DNA from: Heterodontus francisci | Taxonomy: Eukaryota | Direction of reading: 5' to 3' | DNA: 64,000 nt | NCBI RefSeq assembly: GCF_036365525.1 | Contig: NC_090374.1 | Span: forward strand, 139,042,685 to 139,106,684 | In this document: positions 1-13,700 of the stretch, in pieces | Position numbering within the stretch: the stretch's first letter is position 1 | Layout: every line of letters begins with the position of its first letter | Made by a program: the position numbers and the translations under genes | Notes under the pieces: model-generated | What the model was told of the DNA's origin: nothing | The model's input: only the letters and a program-made list of their open reading frames with translations | The model's database searches: none

Positions 1-455
1 ACAGTCAAGGAGCATTTCAAGAATAGTGATTATAGTATGGTAAGGTTTAGATTAATTATGGAGAAGGACAAGGAGCAGTCTAGAATAAAGCAACTTTATT
101 GGAGGAAGGCTAATTTTATCTAATTGAGGGATCTGGCTTTGGTATATTGGAGCCAAAGATTGGCAGGCAGAAATGTAATGGAGCAATGGACAGCCCTTAA
201 AGAGGAGATGGTTCATGTACAGTTTAGTGACATTCCCACAAGGAGGAAATGGAAAGCAACCAAAGCTAGAGCTCCCGGCATGGCGAGAAGTTAGGAAATA
301 AGGTGAAGCAGAAAAAGGGGGCATATGACAGATTTCAGCTTGTTATCACTAAGGAAAAATCAGGTTAAATATAAAAAGAAAAGTGAAAAAGGAAATGAGG
401 GGCAAAGTTAGCAGTACAAAAATAGACTGGCAGCTCACATAAAAAAGGAATCAAA
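1..455 (+). mobile_element. CR1 LINE ORF2 fragment (endonuclease-RT linker), degenerate
   Basis: Reads EHFKNSDYSMVRFRLIMEKDKEQSRIKQLYWRKANF..., homologous to the CR1 segment at ~8570-9000 in this window. Confidence 0.75.
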
Positions 456-462
456 AGATCTT

Positions 463-563
463 AAACAAAAACAGAAAGTGCTGGAAATACTCAGCAGGTC
501 TGGCGGCACCTGTGGAGAGAGAAGCAGAGTTAACGTTTCAGGTCTGTAACCTTTCATCAGAAC
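463..563 (+). repeat. Penelope-like element terminal repeat fragment
   Basis: aaacagaaagtgctggaaatactcagcaggtc...gagagagaagcagagttaacgtttcaggtc recurs at ~22995, ~40931, ~46318 and, reversed, at ~48330. The copies at ~46318 and ~48330 belong to the Penelope RT/GIY-YIG element. Confidence 0.65.
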
Positions 564-569
564 ATATGT

Positions 570-1570
570 ATGTTTGTACCAAGGCTGTAATGAGGTCTAG
601 AGCCGAGTGGACCTGACAGAACCCAAACTGAGCATTGGTGACCAAGTTATTGATGAATAAGTGCCGCTTGATAGCACTATTCATGATAGCTTCCATCAGT
701 TTGCTGATGATTGAGAGTAGACTGATGGGGTGGTAATTGGCTGGATTGGATTTGTCCTGCTTTTTGTGGACAGTCTACTCCTGGACAATTGTGCACATTG
801 TTGCGTAGATGCTAACATTGTAGCTGTACTGGAACAGCTTGGCTAAGGGTGTGGCTAGTTCTGGTGCACAAGTCTTCAGTGTTACAGGTGGGATGTTGTC
901 AGGGCACATAGCCTTTGTTATATCCAGTGTCATCAGCCATTTCTTGATATCACATGGAGTGAATTGAATTGGCTGAGGACTGGTTTCTGTGATGCTGTGG
1001 ACTTAAGGAGGAAACTGAGATGGATCATCTACTCAGCACTTCTGTCTGAATATGGTTACAAATGAGGATGGGGATGGTTTTGGAGCCTCCTCCTCCGGTT
1101 AATAGTTTAATTGTACACCACCATTTACAACTGTTTGTGGCAGGACTGCAGAGCTTAGATCTGATCTGTTGGTTGTGGGATTGCTTTGCTCTGTCTATCA
1201 TATGCTGCTTCTGCTGTTTAGCATGGATGTAGTCCTGTGTTATAGCTTCACCAGGTTACCACCTCATTTTTAGGTATGCCTTGTGCTGCTCCTGGCATGC
1301 TCTCCTTCACTCCTCATTGAACAAGGGTTGATCTCCTGGCTTGATGATAATGGTAGAGTGAGGGATATGCTGTGTCATGAGGTTACAGATTGTGGTTGAA
1401 TATAATTCTGCTGCTGATGGTAACCCACAGTGCCTCCTGGATGCCTAGCTTTGAGCTGCTAGATCTGCTCTGATTCTATCCCATTGAGCACAGTGGTAGC
1501 CCCACACAACATGATGAAGGGTGTCCTCAAGGTGAAGATGGGGTTTCATCTCTGCGAAAACTGTGAGTTG
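570..1570 (-). mobile_element. L2/CR1-group LINE ORF2 fragment, degenerate
   Basis: Clearly similar to 18406-18910, which encodes GPDNIPAIVLKTCAPELAAPLAKLF (RT N-terminal region). Confidence 0.75.
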
Positions 1571-1599
1571 GATAAATTCATCTGAGACAGGTGAGGGCA

Positions 1600-2560
1600 A
1601 GGTCAAGAAGGTTGAAAACATTGTTGTGGTGAATGGCTGATATTTAGACAGGAGCGAGGTACACAATGGACTTTCCCAGGGTTCAGTAGTAGGACTACTG
1701 CTGTTTTTGATTTACATTAATGACTTGAACTTTGGGGTACAGGACACAATTTGAAAATTTGCAGATGGCATGAAACTTGGAAGTGTAGTAAACCATGATG
1801 AAAATAGTAATAGATTTCAAGAAGACATAAAGAGGCTGGTGAAAAGGCCAGACATGGCAGATGAAATTCAATGCAGAAAAGTGTGAAATGAGGAGAGACA
1901 AATCATGCTAAATGGTGCAAAATAGTACAAATTTAAAGGGGGTTCAAGAGAGAGACCTGGGAGTGCTTATGCACAAATCTTTAAAGGCGACAGAACAGGT
2001 TAACAAAGCAGTTAATAAAGCAGTTAATAAACCCTGGAGTTTATAAATAGAGGCAGAATGTACAAAAGCCCGGAAGTTATGCTATACTTATATCAAACAC
2101 TAGTTCAGCTCCAGCTGGAGTATTGTGTCCAATACCGGGGACCACACTTTAGGAAGGACATGAACACTTTTGAGAGGGTGGGGTAGAGATTTACTGGAGT
2201 GGTTCCAGGTGATGGATTGCAGTTCAGTGGATAGAATGAAGAAGCTGGGAGCAGAGAAGGCCAAGAGGAAATTTGATAGAGGTGTTTAAAGCCAAGAAGA
2301 GTTTAGCTAGAATAAATGAAGAAAAACTTTCCAATGGCTGAAGGGTTGGTAAAGAGAGGACACAGATTTAAGATGACTGTGAACATAAGTGGTTGGGGTT
2401 TAATAAGGTAGTAGATATAAATGCAATTGTAGCCTTTAAAAGGGAATTTGATAAATATTTGAATGAGAAAAAATTGCAGGGATTGTTCTTTGAAAGAGCT
2501 GACGCAGACTCAATGGGCCAAATGACCTCCTTCAGTGCTGTACTGTTCTATAATTCTGTG
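1600..2560 (+). mobile_element. CR1 LINE 3' half (RT C-terminus and 3' UTR), degenerate
   Basis: Recognisable PQGS, FADG/FADD and LEYCVQ remnants, and a CR1-type 3' end (atgggccaaatgacctcc...ctgtactgttctataattct). Confidence 0.8.
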
Positions 2561-3384
2561 AATGTATGGCAACATGCAAAATATTTCTGAAAGATTTCTT
2601 TATTTACCACTTTTTCCTTTCAGGAACTGAAATTTCTTATGTTCAAAGTAAGGATTTAAAGAACATAGAAAATGAAACGTTGCTATAACACAATTGTGTT
2701 TATCCACTGAATTTCTTATGTGTCTTTTAATGCCTTCACTAATTTTTAAATAAAAAATCTCAGTCTTTTCCCAAAGCTTGGGCTTGGACTTGGTCCTATT
2801 GTCCAGACCTATGGCTCTGTCAGCTGAATTCAGATTGTGCAGTCCAAGCATGTGCAGGGTACCTAATTTCTTAGAATGTGCCAGGACTGTTCAATCGGCG
2901 ATACGAATAAGATACTTTTCTTAAGCTTCTTAAGCTCTGAGCACTTTCTTCCCAATAGTTTTTTTTCAAATAATTATGAAAAACAAGAGGAAAAATTTCA
3001 AAAGCTCCACTGAGATGAAATTTAAATTGAGTTTTTTCTAAATGTTTTAGGGATGATTTTCAAGCACCCCACCCAGTGGAAAAGGGTGGTGAGGCAGTTA
3101 AAATTGCTGGAGAATATTTACTGGTCCATTCCTGCAAGTTTCATCTATGCAGTTTTTTAGTTGGCCACGGACCTTGCAGAGACAGACAGGGAGTCATGAA
3201 TACATGCAAATTGAGATCCTACAAAGTGATTTCACCACAAAATTGCCACAGTCCTCTCCAGTGCCCAACCTGCAGGTAAATCCTAATGGCATGGATCTCT
3301 CAGATTCACTAGAAGGCTTATTTAAAAGGGCACTCAACTGCAGGCACTATAATCATTGGATGTGTGCCTTTGTGCTAATTTTTA

Positions 3385-4400
3385 AAGAATTTATTCATGG
3401 GATGTGGGCGTCGCTGGCTAGGCCAGCATTTATTACCCATCCCTAATTGCCCTTGAGAAGGTGGTGGTGAGCTACCTTCTTGAGCCAGCGCAGTCCATGT
3501 GGGGTAGGAACACCCACAGTGCTGTTAGGAACGGAGTTCAAGGATATTGACCCAGTGACAGTGAAGGAATGGCAATATAGTTCCAAGTCAGGATGGTGTG
3601 TGGCTTGGAGGGGAACTTGCAGGTGGTCATGTTCCCATACATTGGTTGCCCTTATCCTTCCAGGCGGTAGAGGTCATGGGTTTGGAAGGTGCTGCCTAAG
3701 GAGCCTTGGTAAGTTGATGCAGTGCATCTTGTAGATGGTACACACTGCAGCCACTGTGCATTGGTAGTGGAAGGAGTGAATGTTTGTGGATGGGGTGCCA
3801 ATCAAGCGGGCTGCTTTGTCCTGGATGGTGTTGAGCTTCTTGAGTGTTGTTGGAGCTGCAACCATCCAGGCAAGTGGAGAGTATTCCATAACACTCCTGA
3901 CTTTTGCTTTGTAGATGGTGGACAGGCTTTGGGGAGTCAGGAGGTGAGTTACTCACCACAGGATTCCTAGTCTCTGACCTGCTGTTGTGGCCACGGTATT
4001 CATATGGCTACTCCAGTTCAGTTTCTGGTCAATGGTAACCGCCAGGATGTTGATAGTGGGGGATTCAGTGATTGTAATGCCATTGAATGTCAAGGGAAGA
4101 TGGTTAGATTCTCTCTTGTTGGAGATGGTCATTGCCTGGCACTTGTATGGCGCGAATGTTACTTGCCACTTATCAGCCCAAGCCTGGATATTGTCCAGGT
4201 CTTGCTGCATTTCTACAAGGAGCTGAGATGATTGACCTTCAACAACCACAACCATCTTTCTTTGCGCTAGGTATGACTCCAACCAGCGGAGAGTTTTCCC
4301 CCTGACTCCCATAGACTTCAGTTTTGCTAGGACTCCTTGGTGCCATACTCTGTCAAATGCTGCCTTGATGTCATGGGCAGTCACTCTCACCTCGCCACTT
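3385..4400 (-). mobile_element. L2/CR1-group LINE, 3' portion; continues at 11548-11650
   Basis: ORFs DIKAAFDRVWHQG, MQQDLDNIQAWADKWQV and MEYSPLAW. The 3' end matches 18340-18400 in reverse. Confidence 0.85.
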
Positions 4401-4402
4401 GA

Positions 4403-6695
4403 AACATAGAAACATAGAAAATAGGAGCAGGAGTAGGCCATTCGGCCTTTCGAGTCTGCTCCTCCATTGATTATGATCATGGCTGATCATCCAACTCAGT
4501 AACCTGTTCCCACTTTCCCCCCATATCCTTTGATCCCTTTTGCCCCAAGAGCTATATCTAACTCCTTCTTGAAAACATACAATGTTTGGCCTCAACTGCT
4601 TTCTGTGGTAGCAAATTCCACTCTCTGGGTGAAGTAATTTCTCCTCATCTCAATCCTGAAAGGTTTACCCCATATCTTTAGACTATGACCCCTGGTTCTG
4701 GACTCCTCCACCATCGGGAACATCCTTCCTGCATCTACCCTGTCAAGTCCTGTTAGAATTTTATAGGTTTCTATGGGATCCCCCCTCACTGTTCTGAACT
4801 CCAGCAAATAGAATCCTAACAGACTCAATCTCTCCTCATATGTCAGTCCCGCCATCCCAGGAATCAGTCTGGTAAACCTTCGCTGCACTCCCTCTATAGC
4901 AAGAACATCCTTCCTCAGATAAGGAGACCAAAACTGCACACAATATTCCAGGTGTGGCCTCACCAAGCCCCTGTATAATCACAGCAAGACATCCCTGCTC
5001 CTGTACTCAAATCCTCTTGCTATGAAGGCCAACATACCACTTGCCTTTTTTACTGCCTGTTGCAGCTGCATGCTTCAGTGACTTGTGTACGAGAACACCC
5101 AGGTCTCGTTGCATATTCCCCTCTCTCAGTTTATAGCCATTCAAATGATAATCTGACTTCCTGTTTTTGCTACTGAAGTGGATAACCTCACATTTATCCA
5201 CATTATACCGCATCTGCCATGCATTTGCCCACTCACTCAACTTGTCCAAATTACCTTGAATCCTCTCTGCATCCTCCTCACAACTCACCCTCCCACTTAG
5301 TTTTGTGTCATCTGCAAATTTGGAGATATTACATTTAGTTACCTCATCTAAATCATTAATATATATTGTGAATAGCTGGGGTCCTAGCACCAATCCCTGC
5401 AGTACCCCACTAGTCACTGCCTGCCATTTATCCCTACTCTTTGTTTCCTGTCTGCTAACCAATTTTCTATCCATCGCAATACACTATCCCCAATCCCATG
5501 TGCTTTAATTTTACACACTAATCTCTTATGTGGAACTTCGTCGAAAGCCTTCTGAAAGTCCAAATAAACCACATCCATTGGCTCCCCCTCATCAACTCTA
5601 CTAGTTACATCCTCAAAGAATTCTAGCAGATTTGTCAAGCATGATTTCCCTTTCGGAAATCCATGCTGACTCTGTCCAATTCTACCACTGTTCTCCAAGT
5701 GCTCTGCTATAAAATCTTTGATAATGGACTCTAGAATTTTCCTCACTACCGACGCCAGGCTGACTGGTCTATAATTCCCTACTTTCTCTCTACCGCCCTT
5801 TTTAAATAGTGGGATTACATTAGCTACCCTCCAATCTGTGGGAACTGTTCCAGAGTCTATAGAATCTTGGAAGATAACCACTAATGCATCCACTATTTCT
5901 AGGACCACTTCCTTAAGTACTCTGCGATGTAGATTATCAGGCCCTGGGGATTCATCGGCCTTCAATCCCATCAATTTCCCCAACACCATTTCTCTACAAA
6001 ACTGATTTCCTTCAGTTCCTCTCTCTCACTAAACCCTGTGTTCCCCAACATTTCTGGTATGATATTTGTGAATACAGAACCAAAGTATGCATTTAGTTGG
6101 TCAGCCATTTCTTTGTTCCCCATAATAAATTCCCCTGATTCTGTAAGGGACCTACATTTGTCTTCACCAATCTTTTTCTCTTCACATAATTATAGAAACT
6201 TTTACGGTCAGTTTTTATGTTCTCCGCAAGCTTACTCTTGTACTCTATTTTCCCCTTCTTAATCAATCCCTTGGTCCTCCTTTGCTGAATTCTAATCTGC
6301 TCCCAATCCTCAGGTCTGTATTTCTTTTTCTGGCAAATTTGTATGCCTCTTTCTTGGATCTAATGCTATTTCTAATTTCCCTTGTAAGCCATGGTTTGGC
6401 TACCTTTCCCGTTTTACTTCTGCGCCAGACAGGAATAAACAATTGTTGCAGTTCATCCATGCGCTCTGCAAATGTTTGCCATTGCCTATCCACCGTCATT
6501 CCTTTAAGTAACGTTTCCCAATCTATCAGAGCCAACTCGCACCTCATACCTTCGTAGTTTCCTTTATTAAGATTCAGCACCCTAGCCTCAGAATCAACTA
6601 CGTGACTCTCCATCTTGAGGAAGAATTCTATCGTCTTATGGTCGCTCATCCCCAAGGGGTCTCGCACATCTAGATTGCCAATTATTCCTCTCTCA
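4403..6695 (-). mobile_element. CR1 LINE 'A', 3' part (RT; (ttctatgt)n tail)
   Basis: Broken ORFs 6263-6706, 5414-5989 (YLDFQKAFD), 5007-5474 (FADDTK) and 4592-4966 (RPHLEYCVQFW). 8-bp tandem tail at 4403-4420. Confidence 0.92.
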
Positions 6696-6705
6696 CTGTT
6701 GATCA

Positions 6706-8096
6706 AGGAGGTCCCGGAGGACTGGAGAATTGCTAATGTTGTCCCCTTGTTTAAGAAGGGTAGCAGGGATAATCCAGGTAATTATAGACCGGTGAGCCTG
6801 ACGTCAGTGGTAGGGAAGCTGCTGGAGAAGATACTGAGGGATAGGATCTATTCCCATTTGGAAGAAAATGGGCTCATCAGTGATAGGCAACATGGTTTTG
6901 TGCAGGGAAGGTCATGTCTTACCAACTTAATAGAATTCTTTGAGGAAGTGACAAAGTTGATTGATGACGGAAGGGCTGTCGATGTCATATACATGGACTT
7001 CAGTAAGGCGTTTGATAAGGTTCCCCATGGCAGGCTGATGGAGAAAGTGAAGGCGCTTGGGGTCCAAGGTGTACTAGCTAGATGGATAAAGAACTGGCTG
7101 GGCAACAGGAGACAGAGAGTAGCAGTAGAAGGGAGTTTCTCAAAATGGAGACGTGTGACCAGTGGTGTTCCACAGGGATCCGTGCTGGGACCACTGTTGT
7201 TTGTGATATACATTAATGATTTGGAGGAAAGTATAGGTGGACTGATTAGCAAATTTGCAGACGACACTAAGATTGGTGGAGTAGCAGATAGTGAAGGGGA
7301 CTGTCAGAGAATACAGCAGAATATAGATAGATTGGAGAGTTGGGCAGAGAAATGGCAGATGGAGTTCAATCAGGGCAAATGCGAGGTGATGCATTTTGGA
7401 AGATCCAATTCAAGAGTGAACTATACAGTAAATGGAAAAGTCCTGGGGAAAATTGATGTCCAGAGAGATTTGGGTGTTCAGGTCCACTGTTCCCTGAAGG
7501 TTGCAACGCAGGTAAATAGAGTGGTCAAGAAGGCATACGGCATGCTTTCCTTCATCGGACGGGGCATTGAGTACAAGAGTTGGCAGGTCATGTTACAGTT
7601 GTATAGGACTTTGGTTCGGCCACATTTGGAATACTGCGTACAGTTCTGGTCGCCACATTATCAAAAGGATGTGGATGCTTTGGAGAGGGTGCAGAGGAGG
7701 TTCACCAGGATGTTGCCTGGTATGGAGGGCGCTAGCTATGAAGAGAGGTTGAGTAGATTAGGATTATTTTCATTAGAAAGACGGAGGTTGAGGGGGGACC
7801 TGATTGAGGTGTACAAAATCATGAGAGGTATAGACAGGGTGGATAGCAAGAAGCTTTTTCCCAGAGTGGGGGTTTCAATTACTAGAGGACACGAGTTCAA
7901 AGTGAAAGGGGAAAAGTTTAGGGGGGATATGCGTGGAAAGTTCTTTACGCAGAGGGTGGTGGGCACCTGGAACGCATTGCCAGCGGAGGTGGTAGATGCG
8001 GGCACGATGGAGTCTTTTAAGATGTATCTGGACAGATACATGAATGGGCAGGAAGAAAAGAGATACAGAAGCTTAGAAAATAGGCGACATGTTTAG
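6706..8096 (+). CDS. CR1 ORF2 reverse transcriptase, 5'-truncated but open (no endonuclease)
   Basis: Part of the 493-aa ORF 6615-8096. Its first ~30 aa come from flanking elements, so it is not a real N-terminus. Confidence 0.8.
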
Positions 8097-8178
8097 AGAG
8101 AGGATCTGGATCGGCGCAGGCTTGGAGGGCCGAAGGGCCTGTTCCTGTGCTGTAATTATCTTTGTTCTTTGTTTTTGT
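6706..8178 (+). mobile_element. Young 5'-truncated CR1 LINE 'C' with (tctttgt)n tail
   Basis: Uninterrupted RT frame from EVPEDW to the stop at 8096, with YMDFSKAFD, PQGSVLGP and FADD; tandem tail at ~8159-8178. Confidence 0.95.
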
Positions 8179-10815
8179 TCAATTACTGCAGTAAGGAGGG
8201 ATGGCATCTGAGAAGGTTCCTCAAATTAGGCCATTTGGGTAGAACTTAAAAACAAAAAGGGGGCAATCACTTGGCTGGGTGTGTACTACAGGCTTCCAAA
8301 CAGTCAGGAAGAGATAGAGGAGCAGATATGTTGGCAAATTTCTGAGAGATGTAAAAATAATATGGTAATAATAGTAGGGGATTTCAACTTCCCCAATATT
8401 AACTGGGATAGTCTTAGTGCAAAAGGCTTAAAAGGGGCAGAATTCTTAAAATGCATACAGGAGAGCTTTCTGAGCCAGTATGCAGAAAGCCCTGCAAGAG
8501 AAGGGGCAGTATTGGACCTAATCCTGGGGAATGAAGTCGGTCAAGTGGTAGAAGTGTCAGTGGGGGTGCATTTCAGGGATAGTGACCATAACCCTAAGAT
8601 TTAAAGTAGTTGTGGAAAAGGATAAAGATGGACTGGAAATAAAGGTACTGAATTGGGGGAAGGCCGATTTCAATATGATAAAACAGAATCTGGTCAAAGC
8701 GTACTGGGAGCAGCTACTTCTAGGAAAGTCTACATCACACCAGTGGGAGTCATTCAAAGAGGAAATTGTGAGAGTTCAGAGCCAACATGTACCCGTTAAG
8801 GTGAAGGGTCGGACTAACAGGCCCAGGGAACCCTGAATGTCAAGGGATATAGAGGATTGGATCAGGAAAAAAAAGGAGGCTTATGGCAGAACCCAAGCGC
8901 TGAAAACAGCGGAGGCATGAGAGGAGTATAGAAAGCTTAGGGTAGAAGTTCAAAAAGTAATTAGGAGAGCGAAGAGGGGACATGAAAAAATACTGGCGGG
9001 CAAGATAAAGGAAAATCCCAAGGCATTTTAAAGTATATTAAGGGTAAGAGGATAACCAGGGAAGGAGTAGGGTCCATTAGGGACTAACGTGGCAATCTTT
9101 GTGTGGAGCCGGAGGACATAGGTGAGGTTTTGACTAATTACTTTTCATCAGTGTTCACTATAGAGAAGGACGATGTAGGTGTAGAGATCAGGGACGGGGA
9201 TTGTGATATACTTGAACATATTAGCATTGAAAGGGAGGAAGTATTAGCTGTCTCAGCGGGCTTAAAAGTGGATAAATCCTCAGGCCCAGATGTATCCCAG
9301 CCTGTTATGTGAGGCAAGGGAGGAGATAGCAGGGGCTTTGACACAAATTTTCAAATCCTCTCTGGTCACAGGAGAGGTACCAGAGGACTGGAGGACAGTG
9401 AATATGGTACCATTATTCAAGAAGAGTAGTAGGGATAAACAAGGCAATTACAGGCCGGTGAGTCTAACATCAGTGGTTGGGAAAATATTGGAAAACATTC
9501 TGAGGGACAGGATTAATCTCCACTTGGAGAGGCAAAGATTGATCAGGGATAGTGAGCATGGCTTTGTCAGGGGGAGATCGTGTCTTTTTCGAGGAGGTGA
9601 CGAAATGTGTCGATGAGGGTAAAGCAGAAGATATGGTCTACATGGATTTCAGTAAGGCTTTTTGATAAGGTCCTGCATGGGAGATTGGTTAAGAAGGTAG
9701 GAGCCCCTGGAATCCAGGGCAATTTGGCAAATTGGATCCAAAATTGGCTTAGTGGCAGGAGGCAGAGGGTAAAGGTTGAGGGCTGTTTTTGCGATTGGAA
9801 GCCTGTGGCCAGTGGTGTAGCGCAGGGATCGGTGCTGGGACCCTTACTGTTGGTAGTGTACATTAATGATTAAAATGTGAATATAAGAGGTATGATCAGT
9901 AAGTTCGCAGATGACATGAAAATTGGTGGTGTTGTAAATAGTGAGGAGGAAATCCTTAGATTACAGGGAGATGTAGATGGGCTGGTAAGATGGGCGGAGC
10001 AGTGGCAAATGGAATTTAATCCTGAAAAGTGTGAGGTAATGCATTTTGGGAGGACGAACAAGGCAAAGGAATATACAATGGATGGTAGGACCCTAGGAAG
10101 TATAGAAGGTCAGAAGGACCTTGGTATACTTGTCCATAGATCACTGAAGGCAGCAGCACAGGTAGATAAGGTGGTTAGGAAGGCATTTGGGATACTTGCC
10201 TTTATTAGCCGAGGCATAGAATATAAGAGCAGGGTGGTTATGATGGAGCTATATAAAACGCTAGTTAGGCCACAGCTGGAGTATTGTGTACAGTTCTGGT
10301 AACCACACTATAGGAAGGATGTGATTGCATTGGAGAGGGTGCAGAGGAGATTCACTGGGATGTTGCCTGGGCTGGAGCATTTCAGCTATGAAGAGAGACT
10401 GAAAAGGCTAGGGTTGTTTTCCTTAGAGCAGAGAAGGCTGAGGGGGGACCTGATTGAGGTGTACAAGATTATGAGGGGCATTGATGGGTTAGATAGGAAG
10501 AAACTTTTTCCCTTAGCGGAGGGGTCAATAACCAGGGGGCATAGATTTAGGGTAAGGGGCAGGTGGTTTAGGGGGGATTTGAGGAAAAAAATTTTCACCC
10601 AGAAGGTGGTTGGAATCTGGAACACACTGCCTTAAGAGGTGGTGGAGGCAGGAACCCTCACAACATTTAAGAAGTATTTAGATGAGCACTTGAAACGCCA
10701 TAGCATACAAGACTACAGGCCATGCAGGAATATGGGATTAGAATAGTTGGGTGCTGGATGGCCGGCACATACACAATGGGCTTGTTTCTGTGCTGTATAA
10801 TTCTATGACTCTATT
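8179..10815 (+). mobile_element. CR1 LINE 'B' (endonuclease to 3' end), degenerate; its first ~12 bp lie at 6696-6708
   Basis: ORFs with YRLPN/GDFN (APE endonuclease), FADD and RPQLEYCVQFW; tail ttctatgactctat. ctgttgatcaaggag (6696) joined to tcaattactgcagtaaggagg (8179) reads LLIKESITAVRRD. Confidence 0.88.
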
Positions 10816-11547
10816 TCACAATACCCCGTCTAGGATGGCCTGTTCTCTAACTGGTTCCTCAACGTATTGGTCCAGAAAACCATCCCGTATACACTCCATG
10901 AATTCCTCCTCTACTGTATTGTGACTAATTTGATTTGCCCAATCTATATGCAGATTAACGTCACCCATAATTACAGATGTTCCTTTCGAGCATGTGTCTC
11001 TAATTTCCTGTTTAATGCCATTCCCAACATCACCACTACAGTTTGGGGGTCTATATACAACCCCCACTAACGTTTTGTGTCCCTTACTGTTTCTCAGCTC
11101 TACCCATACAGATACCACATCGTCAAAGCTAATATCCTTCCTCACTATTGCGTTAATTTCCTCTTTAACCAGCAATGCAACTCCATCGCCTTTTACTTTT
11201 TGTCTGTCCTTCCTAAATACTGAATACCCCTGGATGTCCATTTCTCATCCCTGGTCACCCTGCAGCCATGTCTCCGTAATCCCGACTATATCATACCTGT
11301 TTACATCTATTTGCACGATTAATTCATCCACTTTATTGCGAGTGTTCCGCGCATTAAGACCCAAAGCTTTAAGGTTTGCCTTTTTAGCATTACTTATCCC
11401 CTTCCCACTATTTTTCACTGTGGCCCTGTTTGATTCTGGCCATTGATTTCTCAGCCTATCACTTTTCTTATTCCCCTTACTATCTTTTGTTCTTGTCTTT
11501 GATCACCCCTTCTCTGACTCCTTGCAAAGGTTCCCATCCCCCTACCA
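10816..11547 (-). mobile_element. CR1 LINE 'A', 5' part (APE endonuclease)
   Basis: ORF IQGYSVFRKDR...VYRPPN...EQAILDGVL continues logically into NSERGIIGNLDVRDPLGMSDH at ~6700. Confidence 0.88.
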
Positions 11548-11650
11548 TTTGAGTTCAGCTCTCGTCCATGTTTGAACCAAGGCTGTAATGAGGTCAGGAG
11601 CTGAGTGGCCCTGGCGGAACCCAAACTGAATGTCACTTGGCACGTTATTG
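11548..11650 (-). mobile_element. Remainder of the L2/CR1-group LINE interrupted at 4400
   Basis: ttgagttcagctc...gaaccaaggctgtaatgagg matches 18410-18510 and joins ctcacctcgccactt at 4400. Confidence 0.8.
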
Positions 11651-11940
11651 CAGATACTTGGAGATTTTCCAGCTTCCAGATTGCTTCTTTCTGAGAACTT
11701 TTGCCTTTCCTACCCTCAGTAAGCTGCTGCTACTTATCATGGGTGCCTTCATTGCCAGTTTCATTTGGATGGCGGAAGAGGTGGAGCAAGGGGAGTAGCA
11801 GCAGCTTCAGCTACCTACACGAGTAGTGGGTGGACCTATTAGTCAACCACAAGTGGAGGGATGGGGCTGCTTATAGGAGGCTAAATCTGGCAAACGGTAT
11901 GTAGATCAAGTGTCAGTCTCTTGAACCTTTCTGAGGAGCA

Positions 11941-12188
11941 TGTCATGAATTTCGTTGTGTTATCTTAAGCAACACAATAAAGTACATGGATTCCCGTTCC
12001 TTGAAGATCTGTAGAAGGTTTATTTACAGATAAACTAATACACACAATACAGAGCAAACTATCTACAGAACCTTTGTCCTGGGTATTACAGTGCAGAGAG
12101 ATCATGGCTTTACATCACATGACTACATCCTGGTACTTAGCTCATTAGCATACTGAGTTCTTAAAGGGACATCACTCTTAAAGCAACG
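11941..12188 (-). repeat. 3' LTR
   Basis: Direct repeat of 16304-16553 (roughly 85% identity by eye). Ends in ...CA on the minus strand, has a minus-strand AATAAA and directly follows the PPT. Confidence 0.93.
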
Positions 12189-12202
12189 TCCCCTTTCTTT
12201 CC
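12189..12202 (-). promoter_or_regulatory. Polypurine tract
   Basis: The minus strand reads GGAAAGAAAGGGGA, abutting the 3' LTR. Confidence 0.88.
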
Positions 12203-12344
12203 AAAGATAAGTCTCGTTCACTACAAGTAAAAACACATAAAATTGGATAATATCAAAATTAGTTATACAGGAATAGAAATGATAAAATTTACAAGTATAA
12301 AGATAAGGATTGTGACATTTATGAGTGCAGAAGCTTAAGAGTCT

Positions 12345-12549
12345 ATATATCATTTCGGTGGCTTGACAACTCTTCCAGATCTTTGGATATAACCTTCTGG
12401 GGATATGGATTTCACCCTTGGCTGTTTTTGGTTTGCAGACATGTTATCAATGTGTTGGTTGTTGTCCTGTTGTTCCGTCACTGCATATTGGTCAAGCACC
12501 ATCTTCATTCTCCCTTGTTTTTGGCCAGTGTCTCCTGCATCTCGGAGAA
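12345..12549 (-). pseudogene. Gypsy integrase C-terminal tail remnant
   Basis: FSEMQETLAK/KQGRMKMVLDQYA followed by RSGRVVKPPK*Y, resembling the (T)RSGRxxKPPxR terminus typical of Gypsy Pol. Confidence 0.65.
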
Positions 12550-13210
<661 letters not shown>

Positions 13211-13700
13211 CACAGGGAGTGCATCCTCTCTGAGGTGCAGTATGGTATTGCCTTTGAAATCTCCTATGGCACTGAACCTGCCCGGGTACATTTGTTGTAA
13301 ATCCTGGACTGACTCAACGCATGTACCCTTGGCCTCTTCTGCTGTAGTGGGTACCTTGGTGATCTTGTGGATAGTGACGATGTTGAGGTCCTTACAGGCT
13401 GGTAGTCCTGCCACTGCTGGTCCACTCATGTCTCCCAGTTAAAATATTTGTGGTTTCCATGCTGACTTGCCATAGCTCCATTGCATTGTTCGTGTGCCAA
13501 TTCAAAGGATGGGTGACCCCTTGTATGCAGTTAACTTTGCAGTTGTCGGTTGTATCATTAATTTCCAATGACCTTGGTATATGTCATTCAAGATTCGGAT
13601 TGGTAGGATATGTGCACTAGCTCCCATGTCAATCTTAGTCCTGAGTGTGTGTTTGTCAACTTTCTTTGGACACATGATATTAATAGTAGCTAAAGCTTCC
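13211..13700 (-). pseudogene. Gypsy aspartic protease and protease-RT linker
   Basis: KIDMGASAHILP at 13636-13601 (DTG decayed to DMG), LTAYKGSPI, GLPACKDLNIV and YPGRFSAIGDFKG...LHLREDALPV. Same frame as myc; stops at 13504 and 13441. Confidence 0.85.

Noticed and set aside
6615-6705. N-terminus of the 493-aa ORF as a true start
   Set aside because: It derives from antisense CR1-A and a sliver of CR1-B, a chance read-through.
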